A stretch of 28,646 nucleotides of DNA, taken from the IMG/VR virus record IMGVR_UViG_3300021255_000007; one strand, given 5' to 3'. The position numbers were made by a program, and so were the translations under genes. Origin of the DNA: a virus. Positions 15,043 to 21,957 of this stretch are shown here, piece by piece. The notes beneath the pieces are model-generated. The model saw only the letters and a program-made list of their open reading frames with translations, was not told the DNA's origin and made no database searches. Numbering within the stretch: position 1 is the stretch's first letter; the number at the start of each line of letters is the position of its first letter.

Positions 15043-15184
15043 CTCCTTTCGCCCTCTAGGTTTGAACCTGACTAAAGGGGTGCCCATCACACTCCGGAGG
15101 GTTTAGTGCCCCAGGCGGCACGGCGCTAGGCTGGATTGATGCGCATAACAAAAGAGACCCAGCAGGGGGAACCCACCCCCTAAA

Positions 15185-15257
15185 GGTGACGTAGCTCAGT
15201 GGTTGGAGCGGCGGCCTTATAAGCCGTGCGACGGCGGTTCGAATCCGTCCGCCACCA
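15185..15257 (+). tRNA. tRNA with anticodon UAU (predicted tRNA-Ile decoding AUA)
   Basis: Hand-folded 73-nt cloverleaf. Acceptor stem is GGTGACG/CGCCACC, with one A:C mismatch at 5:68. It has U8, D arm GCTC-AGTGGTTG-GAGC, anticodon stem GCGGC/GCCGT, loop C-U-UAU-A-A, variable loop GCGAC, T arm GGCGG-TTCGAAT-CCGTC, and discriminator A. CCA is not encoded. Confidence 0.75.
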
Positions 15258-15298
15258 TTACCGTAATAGTGCGGTGTTGCAAATGCAGGAGGAACGTT

Positions 15299-15487
15299 AT
15301 GAAAACAGAATTGTACTACATGCCCCAGGGACGGGGCAAGGCGGGACGGATCAGCGTAGAACAGCGCCAGTACGAGATGGCAATGCAGAACTTTCATGAG
15401 AGTCTGAAGACCGAACTGAAGTGCTGCGCGTGTCTCCTTGGCGGGATGTTGGTCAGTGCCGCCGCTTTTATTTTTGCCTTATGGTAA
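15299..15487 (+). CDS. Small membrane-anchored hypothetical protein (62 aa)
   Basis: ATG at 15299 is preceded by RBS GCAGGAGGAAC. The C-terminal hydrophobic segment is 'CCACLLGGMLVSAAAFIFALW'. The track's longer ORF (from 15203) runs through the tRNA and was trimmed. Confidence 0.5.
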   Translation: MKTELYYMPQGRGKAGRISVEQRQYEMAMQNFHESLKTELKCCACLLGGMLVSAAAFIFALW

Positions 15488-15666
15488 AGGCGAGGGACGT
15501 GCTGGAGCTCCTGAGTGTGCCGGCGGTGGTGGTCGCTGACCACCACCATTACAGCTATGGGGAGGCTCCTGATGAAGTGCTTGACGCAGAAGTGGAAGAG
15601 ATTTTTATACACGTGGACAAGGAGCGGAATTACCACGGCGCTTACGTCTACGTGTGGGAGGAGTAG
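15481..15666 (+). CDS. Hypothetical acidic protein (61 aa)
   Basis: ATG 15481 overlaps the upstream stop (ATGGTAA). The track ORF from 15421 overlaps the previous gene and was trimmed. Confidence 0.45.
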   Translation: MVKARDVLELLSVPAVVVADHHHYSYGEAPDEVLDAEVEEIFIHVDKERNYHGAYVYVWEE

Positions 15667-15672
15667 GAGATT

Positions 15673-16341
15673 ATGAATGATTTGAAGTTTCCGCTGCTTC
15701 GGGCAAAAGATATAGATTGCCGGGTGGCAACCGTGAAGGAGAACGGGCTGAGCCTGCTCCTTTACAAGAACGCGCGGGTGGATATGGCCCTACTGGATAA
15801 GACTGTCGGGCCTCTGAACTGGAAGCGTGAGCACTCCCGCGACAACAAGAATTGTACGGTGTCGATCTGGGACGACATCAAACAGGAGTGGGTTAGCAAG
15901 GAGGACACTGGCACCGAGTCCAACGCCGAAGCTGAGAAAGGATTGGCCTCGGACTCCTTCAAACGGGCCTGCTTCAACTGGGGGATAGGCCGGGAGCTGT
16001 ACACCGCTCCCTTCATCTGGATCCCGGCGGGAATGTGCGAGATCAAGCGGAAAAGCAACGACAGCTTTGTTTGTTATGACCGATTTGAGGTCGAAGACAT
16101 ATCCTACAACCAGGACAAAGAAATCACCTTTCTCCTCATAGTGAAAATCGACAGAGGTAACCGGAAACCGGTCTACTCCTTCGGCCAGAAGGAAAAGGAG
16201 CCGGAATACATCACGGAAAAGGAGGCCATGGTCTTGCGGAACCTTTGCGAAAAAAAGGGGTACATTCCTGAGAAGGTTTTCCCCGCGTGGCCGAAGCTGA
16301 CCGCTGAGCAGTACACCGAAGCCCTGAGGAGGCTGCAATGA
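15673..16341 (+). CDS. Rad52/Sak-family single-strand annealing protein
   Basis: 222 aa with the motif 'EKGLASDSFKRACFNWGIGRELY' and the N-terminal pattern 'DIDCRVATV...YKNARVDMALLDKTVGPLNW'. Confidence 0.8.
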   Translation: MNDLKFPLLRAKDIDCRVATVKENGLSLLLYKNARVDMALLDKTVGPLNWKREHSRDNKNCTVSIWDDIKQEWVSKEDTGTESNAEAEKGLASDSFKRACFNWGIGRELYTAPFIWIPAGMCEIKRKSNDSFVCYDRFEVEDISYNQDKEITFLLIVKIDRGNRKPVYSFGQKEKEPEYITEKEAMVLRNLCEKKGYIPEKVFPAWPKLTAEQYTEALRRLQ

Positions 16342-16883
16342 CCTTCGAAGGCCAGCTTGCCGGCATGTCGAGAGACTTTAAGACCGGCAAGCCGGTGATT
16401 CAGTTCACGGTTGCCGGGGATCCGTCCCCGCTTGATGACCTGCGGGAGAAGCCGCTGCGGATCGAGATCCGGGAGAACAAGAGCAAGCGCAGCCTTGACG
16501 CTAACTCTTACTACTGGACTCTCCTCAATAAGCTTGGCGACAAGCTGCGGACTTCCAAGGCCTACCTGCATAACCTCATGCTCAGGCGGTACGGACAGCC
16601 GGAGACGGTTGACGGCCAGACGGTCTATGTGGTCATAAAGGACACCGAGGAGGCACAGAAGAAGGTTGAGGAGGATGAATATACCCACTTGAAGCCCACA
16701 AATGAGGTGCGAGTGGGGAAAGGCGGCACTGTTTACCGCACTTATATCCTCCTCCGTGGGAGTCACAGCTACAACTCCCTGGAAATGGCGATATTGATAG
16801 ACGGGGTTGTTTCTGAGTGCAAGGAGCACAACATAGAGACACTTCCACCCGAAGAATTGGAGAGGCTGAAGAATGAGAGATGA
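16338..16883 (+). CDS. NinB/Orf-like recombination mediator (tentative)
   Basis: 181 aa. 'KSKRSLDANSYYWTLLNKLG' resembles the lambda NinB 'RSLDQNRKLWA' core. It is coupled (ATGA) to the Sak-like gene. Confidence 0.4.
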   Translation: MTFEGQLAGMSRDFKTGKPVIQFTVAGDPSPLDDLREKPLRIEIRENKSKRSLDANSYYWTLLNKLGDKLRTSKAYLHNLMLRRYGQPETVDGQTVYVVIKDTEEAQKKVEEDEYTHLKPTNEVRVGKGGTVYRTYILLRGSHSYNSLEMAILIDGVVSECKEHNIETLPPEELERLKNER

Positions 16884-17103
16884 TACCCTTGTAATTTTCA
16901 CATACCGCAGAAACGGACACCTCAACATGATCGTTGAGCCCGCGAGCACCGTGACCTTCCAGAACGACGGAAAGGATTTTGTCCTTGAGATCGGCGCGAC
17001 GTGGAAGTTTGACAGCTCCGAAGTGTTCCCGGTTTACCTGGAGGTCGCCGGCATCGTGCTGTTAGACCGCAGAGCGGAAGACCTCTGCAATGGGTTCGAA
17101 TGA
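16873..17103 (+). CDS. Hypothetical protein (76 aa)
   Basis: An ORF in the operon with short overlaps on both sides. No motifs recognised. Confidence 0.45.
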   Translation: MRDDTLVIFTYRRNGHLNMIVEPASTVTFQNDGKDFVLEIGATWKFDSSEVFPVYLEVAGIVLLDRRAEDLCNGFE

Positions 17104-17228
17104 TCGGGCGGGAAGGCGTCTGTTTCCTCTGCGGACGGTATGGCCGACTGGATACGCATCACATTTTTGGAGGCCCTAACCGAACGAGGGAGGAGTTCAT
17201 GCGCCGGTACGGAAGGAGTTGGTTGTAA
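17100..17228 (+). CDS. Small Cys/His protein (42 aa), possibly a shortened zinc-finger protein
   Basis: ATGA overlap with the upstream stop. Hand translation: MIGREGVCFLCGRYGRLDTHHIFGGPNRTREEFMRRYGRSWL. It carries a CxxC...HH motif. Confidence 0.4.
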   Translation: MIGREGVCFLCGRYGRLDTHHIFGGPNRTREEFMRRYGRSWL

Positions 17229-17539
17229 TGGAAGCATGTATTGAGTATGACCTGAACTGGATCAAAGGCCGCGACTATGTAGAGGTCACTTTTCCCTCCA
17301 GCACGAAGGAGAAGAACCTGCTGAAGGCGATGGCAGCGGAGGGCGTTCCCGGTGTCGTGATTACTGCGGAGAACCGTGACGGTTCTATCGTGGGCCACGT
17401 GCCTCTGAGCTGCGTCCTGTTCCGGAGACCTCCGAAGAAGGTGGAGGTTACCGAGGAGATGCGTGCTCGCTTGGCACGGATGACCGCGATACGGGAGGAA
17501 AAGAGGGTAAAAACGGACGAAAACGGCGAAGAGGTATAA
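17228..17539 (+). CDS. Hypothetical protein (103 aa)
   Basis: ATG 17228 lies 9 nt after RBS GGAAGGAG and overlaps the upstream TAA. The track's TTG start is at 17219. Confidence 0.5.
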   Translation: MEACIEYDLNWIKGRDYVEVTFPSSTKEKNLLKAMAAEGVPGVVITAENRDGSIVGHVPLSCVLFRRPPKKVEVTEEMRARLARMTAIREEKRVKTDENGEEV

Positions 17540-17599
17540 ATTATCGTCCGAATGAGAAAATGCCGTTTTAGACACGGCGATCAAGACGGAGGTGAAGGA

Positions 17600-17968
17600 T
17601 TGAACAAAGTTGTATTGGTGGGCCGTCTGTGCCAGGAACCGGAAGTCAGATACACGAACGACCAGAAGCCTATAGCGCGGTACACGCTGGCGGTAGATCG
17701 CAACAAGGACGAGGCGGATTTTATCCCCTGCGTTGCCTTCCAGCGCTCTGCGGAGTTCGCTCAGAAGTACCTGCACAAGGGCACTAAGATCCTTGTAGAG
17801 GGCCGGATGCACTCCGGAAGCTATACCAACCGGGAGGGCAAGAAGGTCTACACCATGGATGTTTTTATAGACCGGCATGAATTTGTCGAGAGTCGGAAGT
17901 CTGCGGAAGACGCCGACGGTTTTATGAACATCCCGGAGGGAGACGTGGAGGGGTTGCCTTTTGAGTAA
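17600..17968 (+). CDS. ssb: Single-stranded DNA-binding protein
   Basis: TTG 17600 after RBS GGAGGTGAAGGA gives the canonical N-terminus 'LNKVVLVGRL'. It has OB-fold motifs and an acidic C-terminal tip 'DVEGLPFE'. The track's ATG 17552 would add an atypical 16-aa leader. Confidence 0.85.
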   Translation: MNKVVLVGRLCQEPEVRYTNDQKPIARYTLAVDRNKDEADFIPCVAFQRSAEFAQKYLHKGTKILVEGRMHSGSYTNREGKKVYTMDVFIDRHEFVESRKSAEDADGFMNIPEGDVEGLPFE

Positions 17969-18296
17969 GATGCAGCGAGACAAGGGGGCACGTTTTGAGC
18001 GTGAGCTTGCCGAGGCCCTTAAGGGGTACGGCTACGACTGCCGGCGCACCTGCCAGAAGGACGGGAGAGTGGAGGCTGACGTGATCGGCCTCCCTGGCAT
18101 CCACATAGAGGCCAAGCATCAGGAGCAAATGAGGCTTTACGACTGGATGCACCAGGCGGAAAAGGATGCACGTCCGGGAGAGATCCCGGCGGTTTTCCAC
18201 CGGAAGAACCGGGAGGAGACTCTGGTAACCGTGCCGCTGTGGGCGTTTATGGAACTGTTTAAGAGGTGGGGGAGAGATGGAGACGGTAAGAGATAG
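17961..18296 (+). CDS. PD-(D/E)XK Holliday-junction resolvase-like nuclease
   Basis: 111 aa with 'KGARFERELAEAL..GY' and 'EADVIGLPGIHIEAKHQE' (D...ExK). An alternative ATG start is at 17970. Confidence 0.5.
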   Translation: MSKMQRDKGARFERELAEALKGYGYDCRRTCQKDGRVEADVIGLPGIHIEAKHQEQMRLYDWMHQAEKDARPGEIPAVFHRKNREETLVTVPLWAFMELFKRWGRDGDGKR

Positions 18297-18963
18297 AATA
18301 TACTTCATGGCGAGCTATTTCCGGTGCATTATCGGACTGGAGGGAGAAGTGTATGAGCGGATCAGCAAGGCGCTTCTCCGGTATATGTTCCTGGACGAGG
18401 AGCCGGAGCTTTCCCCTCTGGAAATGGCACTCTTTGAAGCGATGCGCTCGAACATCGACAAATCAAAAGAAATCATGGTGAAGCGCTGCGAAAGCGGAAG
18501 GAAAGGAGGAAAAGCAAACAGAGGACAAACCGAAGCAAACCACGAGCAAATGGAAGCAAATGGAAGCAAAACCAAAGCAAACGGAACCGACAAAGACATA
18601 GACAAAGACATAGACATAGACAAAGACAAAGACGGTGACGTAGACAAAGACGTAGACAGAGAAGAAGACAAAGACAAAAAGCAGCGCTTCCGCGCCGAGG
18701 ATGAAATAAAGGATCCCGAAGTGTTGGAAGCGTGGAAGGCCTTTGTTGAGTCCAGACGGAAGAATCGCAAGGCGATGACCAACAACGCTGAAAGATTGAT
18801 GGTCAAAAAACTCTTTAGCCTGGCGTCGGATGCCTTTGGGGAGCTTGACGCCGGGAAGGCAGTCAGGATCCTGGAGGCGGCGGTCATGAACTCGTGGACA
18901 GGTCTGTATGATCCGGACGAAAAGAAGAGCAGCAACAAGGCGATTGACTGGGATGCTGTTTAG
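18277..18963 (+). CDS. Putative replication initiation / replisome organiser protein with an internal Asp/Lys repeat
   Basis: 228 aa. The N-terminal region ends in 'SGRKGGKANRG' and the C-terminal region is 'WKAFVESRRKNRKAMT...NSWTGLY'. These resemble phage replication organiser and DnaD-like proteins from memory. The central 'DKDIDKDIDIDKDKDGDVDKDVD' is encoded by tandem DNA repeats. Confidence 0.4.
   Translation: METVRDRIYFMASYFRCIIGLEGEVYERISKALLRYMFLDEEPELSPLEMALFEAMRSNIDKSKEIMVKRCESGRKGGKANRGQTEANHEQMEANGSKTKANGTDKDIDKDIDIDKDKDGDVDKDVDREEDKDKKQRFRAEDEIKDPEVLEAWKAFVESRRKNRKAMTNNAERLMVKKLFSLASDAFGELDAGKAVRILEAAVMNSWTGLYDPDEKKSSNKAIDWDAV
18514..18678. repeat. Iteron-like tandem repeats (six phased GCAAA motifs, then about 15 GACNNN units)
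   Basis: GCAAA begins at 18514, 18535, 18546, 18556, 18566 and 18577, giving spacings of 21, 11, 10, 10 and 11 nt. From 18589 to 18678 the hexamer pattern GAC-AAA/ATA/GTA repeats. Confidence 0.6.
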
Positions 18964-18974
18964 GAGGTGGGAAA

Positions 18975-19493
18975 TTGACTAGAGAAGAAACTAAGGCACT
19001 TATCAAGGCGATGAAAACGGGGTGGTCTAACTACAGACCGGAAGACCTGACTGAAACGGTGAACCTGTGGGCGTCCGTCCTGGAACCTTACCCTTTTCCG
19101 GCGGTCTTTGCCGCGCTGAAGGCGTATATGCTGGGCAACCATGCTTTTGCGCCGGCACCGGGGCAGCTTGTGGCTCAGTTCCCGAAGCGTGAAGGTGGAT
19201 CAGAACTTGAAGCGTGGGGCAAAGTGAGAAAGGCTCTTAGAAACGGGAACTATGGAGCCGAAGAGGAATTTGCGAAGCTCCCCGAAGACATCCAGGAGGC
19301 ACTGGGAAGCCCTGAACAGCTCAGAGCCTGGGCAATGGCTCCGGAGAGTGAAACCGAGACGGTGATGCAGTCCAACTTTCTGCGGAGCTATCGGATTATC
19401 AGGGAACGCCGGGAGCGTGTCGAGTACCTTCCGGAGGACGTCATAAAAGCGTTGGAGGTGATGCGTCATGGTGTGGAAGAGCTGCCGGGATAA
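18975..19493 (+). CDS. Helicase loader-like protein (SPP1 G39P 'loader and inhibitor of G40P' family)
   Basis: TTG start after RBS AGGAGGTGGGAAA. 172 aa. The N-terminal pattern is 'W.....E....VNLWASVLEPYPF.AVFAALKAY......FAPAPGQLV'. Confidence 0.5.
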   Translation: MTREETKALIKAMKTGWSNYRPEDLTETVNLWASVLEPYPFPAVFAALKAYMLGNHAFAPAPGQLVAQFPKREGGSELEAWGKVRKALRNGNYGAEEEFAKLPEDIQEALGSPEQLRAWAMAPESETETVMQSNFLRSYRIIRERRERVEYLPEDVIKALEVMRHGVEELPG

Positions 19494-19632
19494 CCTGACA
19501 AGTGCGGTAGAGACGGCCTGCGACCAGATCACGGAAAAGCTGGAGCACCTTCTTGATCTTATCGACGACGAGGAGCAGACGCGGGCGGATCTTAAGGATT
19601 ACGTTTACCGGATCCTGGAGATTTTGGAATGA
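19468..19632 (+). CDS. Small hypothetical protein (54 aa)
   Basis: ATG is preceded by GGAGGTG. Hand translation: MVWKSCRDNLTSAVETACDQITEKLEHLLDLIDDEEQTRADLKDYVYRILEILE. It is below the track cut-off. Confidence 0.4.
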   Translation: MVWKSCRDNLTSAVETACDQITEKLEHLLDLIDDEEQTRADLKDYVYRILEILE

Positions 19633-19695
19633 TGACGATAATAGGGCTTGCCGCTCTCCTTTTGTGGGCGGCGGCCTGCTTCAATGGGTGGGAAA

Positions 19696-20037
19696 ATGGC
19701 GAACGTAAAGTATGGGATGGCCGGCAAGTTTATGACGACCAAGGAGCTCCGGGAGATGGAGGAGCGGATCCGGCAGAGAGTCATGAAGGACAGCATGAGA
19801 GAGATGCAGGCAAGGTATAAGGATTTCCTCGCAGCGTCGGCGGACGACGCCCTTTACATCGACGCCTTATGTTTCTGCACGGCGCTCATAGAGGAGGGCT
19901 ATGGATACGAGCGCCTCATGAGAGTGCTTACCAGGGTGGCCGACATCATGGACGCCGTAAACGATGAAAACACGACCTTGGAGGCCATGGAGGAGCGGCT
20001 TGCCGCCAAGGGAATAAGGCTACAGAAGGAGGGATAG
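19696..20037 (+). CDS. Hypothetical protein (113 aa)
   Basis: The frame of track ORF 19648..20037. ATG 19696 follows GGGTGGGAAA and gives 'MANVKYGMAGKF...'. The start is uncertain. Confidence 0.45.
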   Translation: MANVKYGMAGKFMTTKELREMEERIRQRVMKDSMREMQARYKDFLAASADDALYIDALCFCTALIEEGYGYERLMRVLTRVADIMDAVNDENTTLEAMEERLAAKGIRLQKEG

Positions 20038-20039
20038 CG

Positions 20040-20321
20040 TTGGTTTGGTGGACAGATAACGACTTGATTCGCATAACGGAACACTACGGAAAGGAGCACC
20101 AGAAGAAGAAGGCCATAGAGGAGCTTATGGAGCTGGCGCGTGAGCTTGTCCTTGATCTGGAAGGCCGGGGAGATGACGAGCACCTGACGGAGGAGATGGC
20201 CGACGTTCTGATTATGGTCAATCAGCTCCGGCTGATTTACGGAAATGAGGGCGACCTTTGGGAGAAGATGGGCTACAAAATAGCCAGAACACTGACGAGG
20301 ATGGAAAAGGATGACGCTTGA
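20040..20321 (+). CDS. MazG-like nucleotide pyrophosphohydrolase (small all-alpha NTP-PPase)
   Basis: 93 aa with a TTG start after GGAGGG. The paired acidic motifs are 'AIEELMELARE' and 'LTEEMADVLIMVNQL'. Confidence 0.5.
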   Translation: MVWWTDNDLIRITEHYGKEHQKKKAIEELMELARELVLDLEGRGDDEHLTEEMADVLIMVNQLRLIYGNEGDLWEKMGYKIARTLTRMEKDDA

Positions 20322-20799
20322 ACAGTTGAAGTCGTACCGTCACGAGATAGCGGAAATAAGAGAGCTGACTGAACGGCTTGACAGGCCCTTGGGGAGTGAA
20401 GAGTTTTTTGGCTCCAGTGTTATCAAGGACTACAAAACCGGGTATCCGAGGGCTCAGACTGTGAGCGGATACGACCTGACGGCGGAAACCGAGGCGCGGA
20501 TGCGCTGGCGGAAAAAGTTGGCGATCCTGAAGAAGCGAACCGCAGACGTGGAGGTTTACATAGACTCTATCCGAGACTCCAGGACTCGCAGAGTCTTCCG
20601 CCTCTACTTCGAGGATGGGAAGACGGAGAACCAGGTGGGGCGGATCATGCACATAGACCGGAGCCTTGTGAGCCGGATCATCAAGTGGAAGCTGGAAGAG
20701 AATGGGAAAATACAAGAACTTTCTGGGCCGGAAAAGACCGGATCCGGAGCTGACGCTGAAGGACGTGGCAGCGATGCGGAGCACCTTCCGCCGGGGTGA
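20311..20799 (+). CDS. Sigma-70 region-4-like late transcription activator (DUF1492/ArpU/RinA class)
   Basis: 162 aa. It has N-terminal coiled 'LEQLKSYRHEIAEIRELTERL' and a C-terminal HTH 'DSRTRRVFRLYFEDGKTENQVGRIMHIDRSLVSRIIKWKL'. It lies upstream of the packaging and structural genes. The last ~30 aa overlap the next ORF. Confidence 0.55.
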   Translation: MTLEQLKSYRHEIAEIRELTERLDRPLGSEEFFGSSVIKDYKTGYPRAQTVSGYDLTAETEARMRWRKKLAILKKRTADVEVYIDSIRDSRTRRVFRLYFEDGKTENQVGRIMHIDRSLVSRIIKWKLEENGKIQELSGPEKTGSGADAEGRGSDAEHLPPG

Positions 20800-21058
20800 C
20801 CTCCTCAGGATCCGGACGGTGGTATGGAGCACGGGCAGAGACCGGCGCAAGGTAGTGGACGCCATGATAGAAGGCGTTTACCCTCATGGCCTGCTACTGG
20901 CTTTCTGGAGTTGCGGATATAAGACGCATCGGTGGATCTCTCTGGTTGATCTCACCATCCAGCGCCGGAACGGTGCGCAGGTGATCGAAGTCGGACGCGG
21001 AGAGAATGAGGACGGAGAGCGGCGGATTTTACGGAGGTGGGAGAATGGAATGGATTGA
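20702..21058 (+). CDS. Hypothetical protein (118 aa)
   Basis: An ORF on the operon strand that overlaps the upstream gene by 98 nt. The start is uncertain; an internal ATG is at 20774. Confidence 0.4.
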   Translation: MGKYKNFLGRKRPDPELTLKDVAAMRSTFRRGDLLRIRTVVWSTGRDRRKVVDAMIEGVYPHGLLLAFWSCGYKTHRWISLVDLTIQRRNGAQVIEVGRGENEDGERRILRRWENGMD

Positions 21059-21368
21059 CCGCGCGTTGAGAGGAATAAGGATTATCGAGAAGCGCAGAGC
21101 AAGCGGATTCAACGTAGAAGAAAGGCCGATAGCTAAGTTATGCGGAATCCTAGCGAAAGACCTGGTAGTAGAGCCGAGGGAGATGAACGAAAACAATGCC
21201 GTGATTCTCTACTTGGTCTTTAAGATGGCGGAGTTTGCCATGATCGACTACATGATAAAAGAGTGCCCTGTAGGAGTGTGCGAATATGCACAGACGGATC
21301 TGTTCCCGAAAGTCATGAAGGAGAGCGAAGAGAACGGTTTTATGAGGTGGTGGAATGAAGAAATTTAG
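21045..21368 (+). CDS. Hypothetical protein (107 aa)
   Basis: ATG 21045 follows RBS GGAGGTGGGAGA. The track's start is at 21006. Confidence 0.45.
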   Translation: MEWIDRALRGIRIIEKRRASGFNVEERPIAKLCGILAKDLVVEPREMNENNAVILYLVFKMAEFAMIDYMIKECPVGVCEYAQTDLFPKVMKESEENGFMRWWNEEI

Positions 21369-21603
21369 TGTTGTAGACAAGAAGAACTTTGCCGGACGAC
21401 TGAGGCAAGCACTCGCTGAGTCGGATATAGAAACGGTGACGGAACTGGCCGCGATTGCGGTGGTGAATAGGCCTAGTCTCTATGTCTGGCTTAACGGGAG
21501 ATGCTTGCCGAGTCTTGAGATCGCCTACAGACTGGCCACCGCTCTGGGCGTGTCGGTTGACTGGCTGACGGGCAGAACGAACTGCAAGGAGGTGAGCCGG
21601 TAA
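21355..21603 (+). CDS. Small HTH DNA-binding protein (XRE-like)
   Basis: 82 aa with the HTH 'TVTELAAIAVVNRPSLYVWLNGRCLPSLEIAYRLATALGVSVDWL'. Confidence 0.6.
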   Translation: MKKFSVVDKKNFAGRLRQALAESDIETVTELAAIAVVNRPSLYVWLNGRCLPSLEIAYRLATALGVSVDWLTGRTNCKEVSR

Positions 21604-21956
21604 TGATGACGGGGGACTATATCAGCCGCAGCTACCTGAAGGAGTGGATAACATTCGAGTACAATAGACACCGAACCGGCGACGGCCTAAAGTTGGCGTG
21701 GATCGAAAAGGCGATAGACGAGGCAGGAACCGGGTGGATGCCGCTGAGTATCAGGCCTCCGGAGATAGAGTGGAGCCGGTCGGGCTGTGTCAAAGTTGGA
21801 GACCTGTGGCCGTGCCTGGTAACTGTGAAGTTGATAAATACCAGCTATCTACTTGTGGCGGCATTCGATGGGGAAAAATTCCTATCTCCGGATTATGATA
21901 TCTTGAATGACGTGGTCGCATGGATGCCATGGCCGGAGCCTTACGAGGAGGGATAG
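21603..21956 (+). CDS. DUF551-like protein, paralogue 1
   Basis: 117 aa with 'GWMPLSIRPPE...' and a C-terminal 'VVAWMPWPEPY'. RBS AAGGAGGTG lies 8 nt upstream. Confidence 0.5.
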   Translation: MMTGDYISRSYLKEWITFEYNRHRTGDGLKLAWIEKAIDEAGTGWMPLSIRPPEIEWSRSGCVKVGDLWPCLVTVKLINTSYLLVAAFDGEKFLSPDYDILNDVVAWMPWPEPYEEG

Positions 21957-21957
21957 A

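Noticed and set aside
15050-15184. Possible second tRNA or tRNA remnant upstream of the tRNA (a GGTTTGAACC / GGTTCAAACC T-arm-like string)
   Set aside because: I tried folding both strands. The T-stem has only 3 pairs and no matching acceptor or anticodon arms, so there is no cloverleaf.
15056-15487. ORFs 15056..15397 (-) and 15203..15487 (+) as annotated in the track
   Set aside because: Both run through the tRNA cloverleaf. The + ORF was trimmed to the RBS-preceded ATG at 15299, and the - ORF was discarded.
16173-17983. Long minus-strand ORFs 16173..16949 (258 aa) and 17159..17983 (274 aa)
   Set aside because: They are antisense to well-supported Sak, NinB-like and SSB genes. Their composition is typical of antisense frames, and they would interrupt a tightly coupled + strand operon.
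18589-18678. Tandem hexamer repeats considered as a CRISPR array or minisatellite
   Set aside because: The units are 6 nt with no spacers and lie in frame within a coding region. That is not CRISPR architecture, so they were interpreted as iteron/linker repeats.
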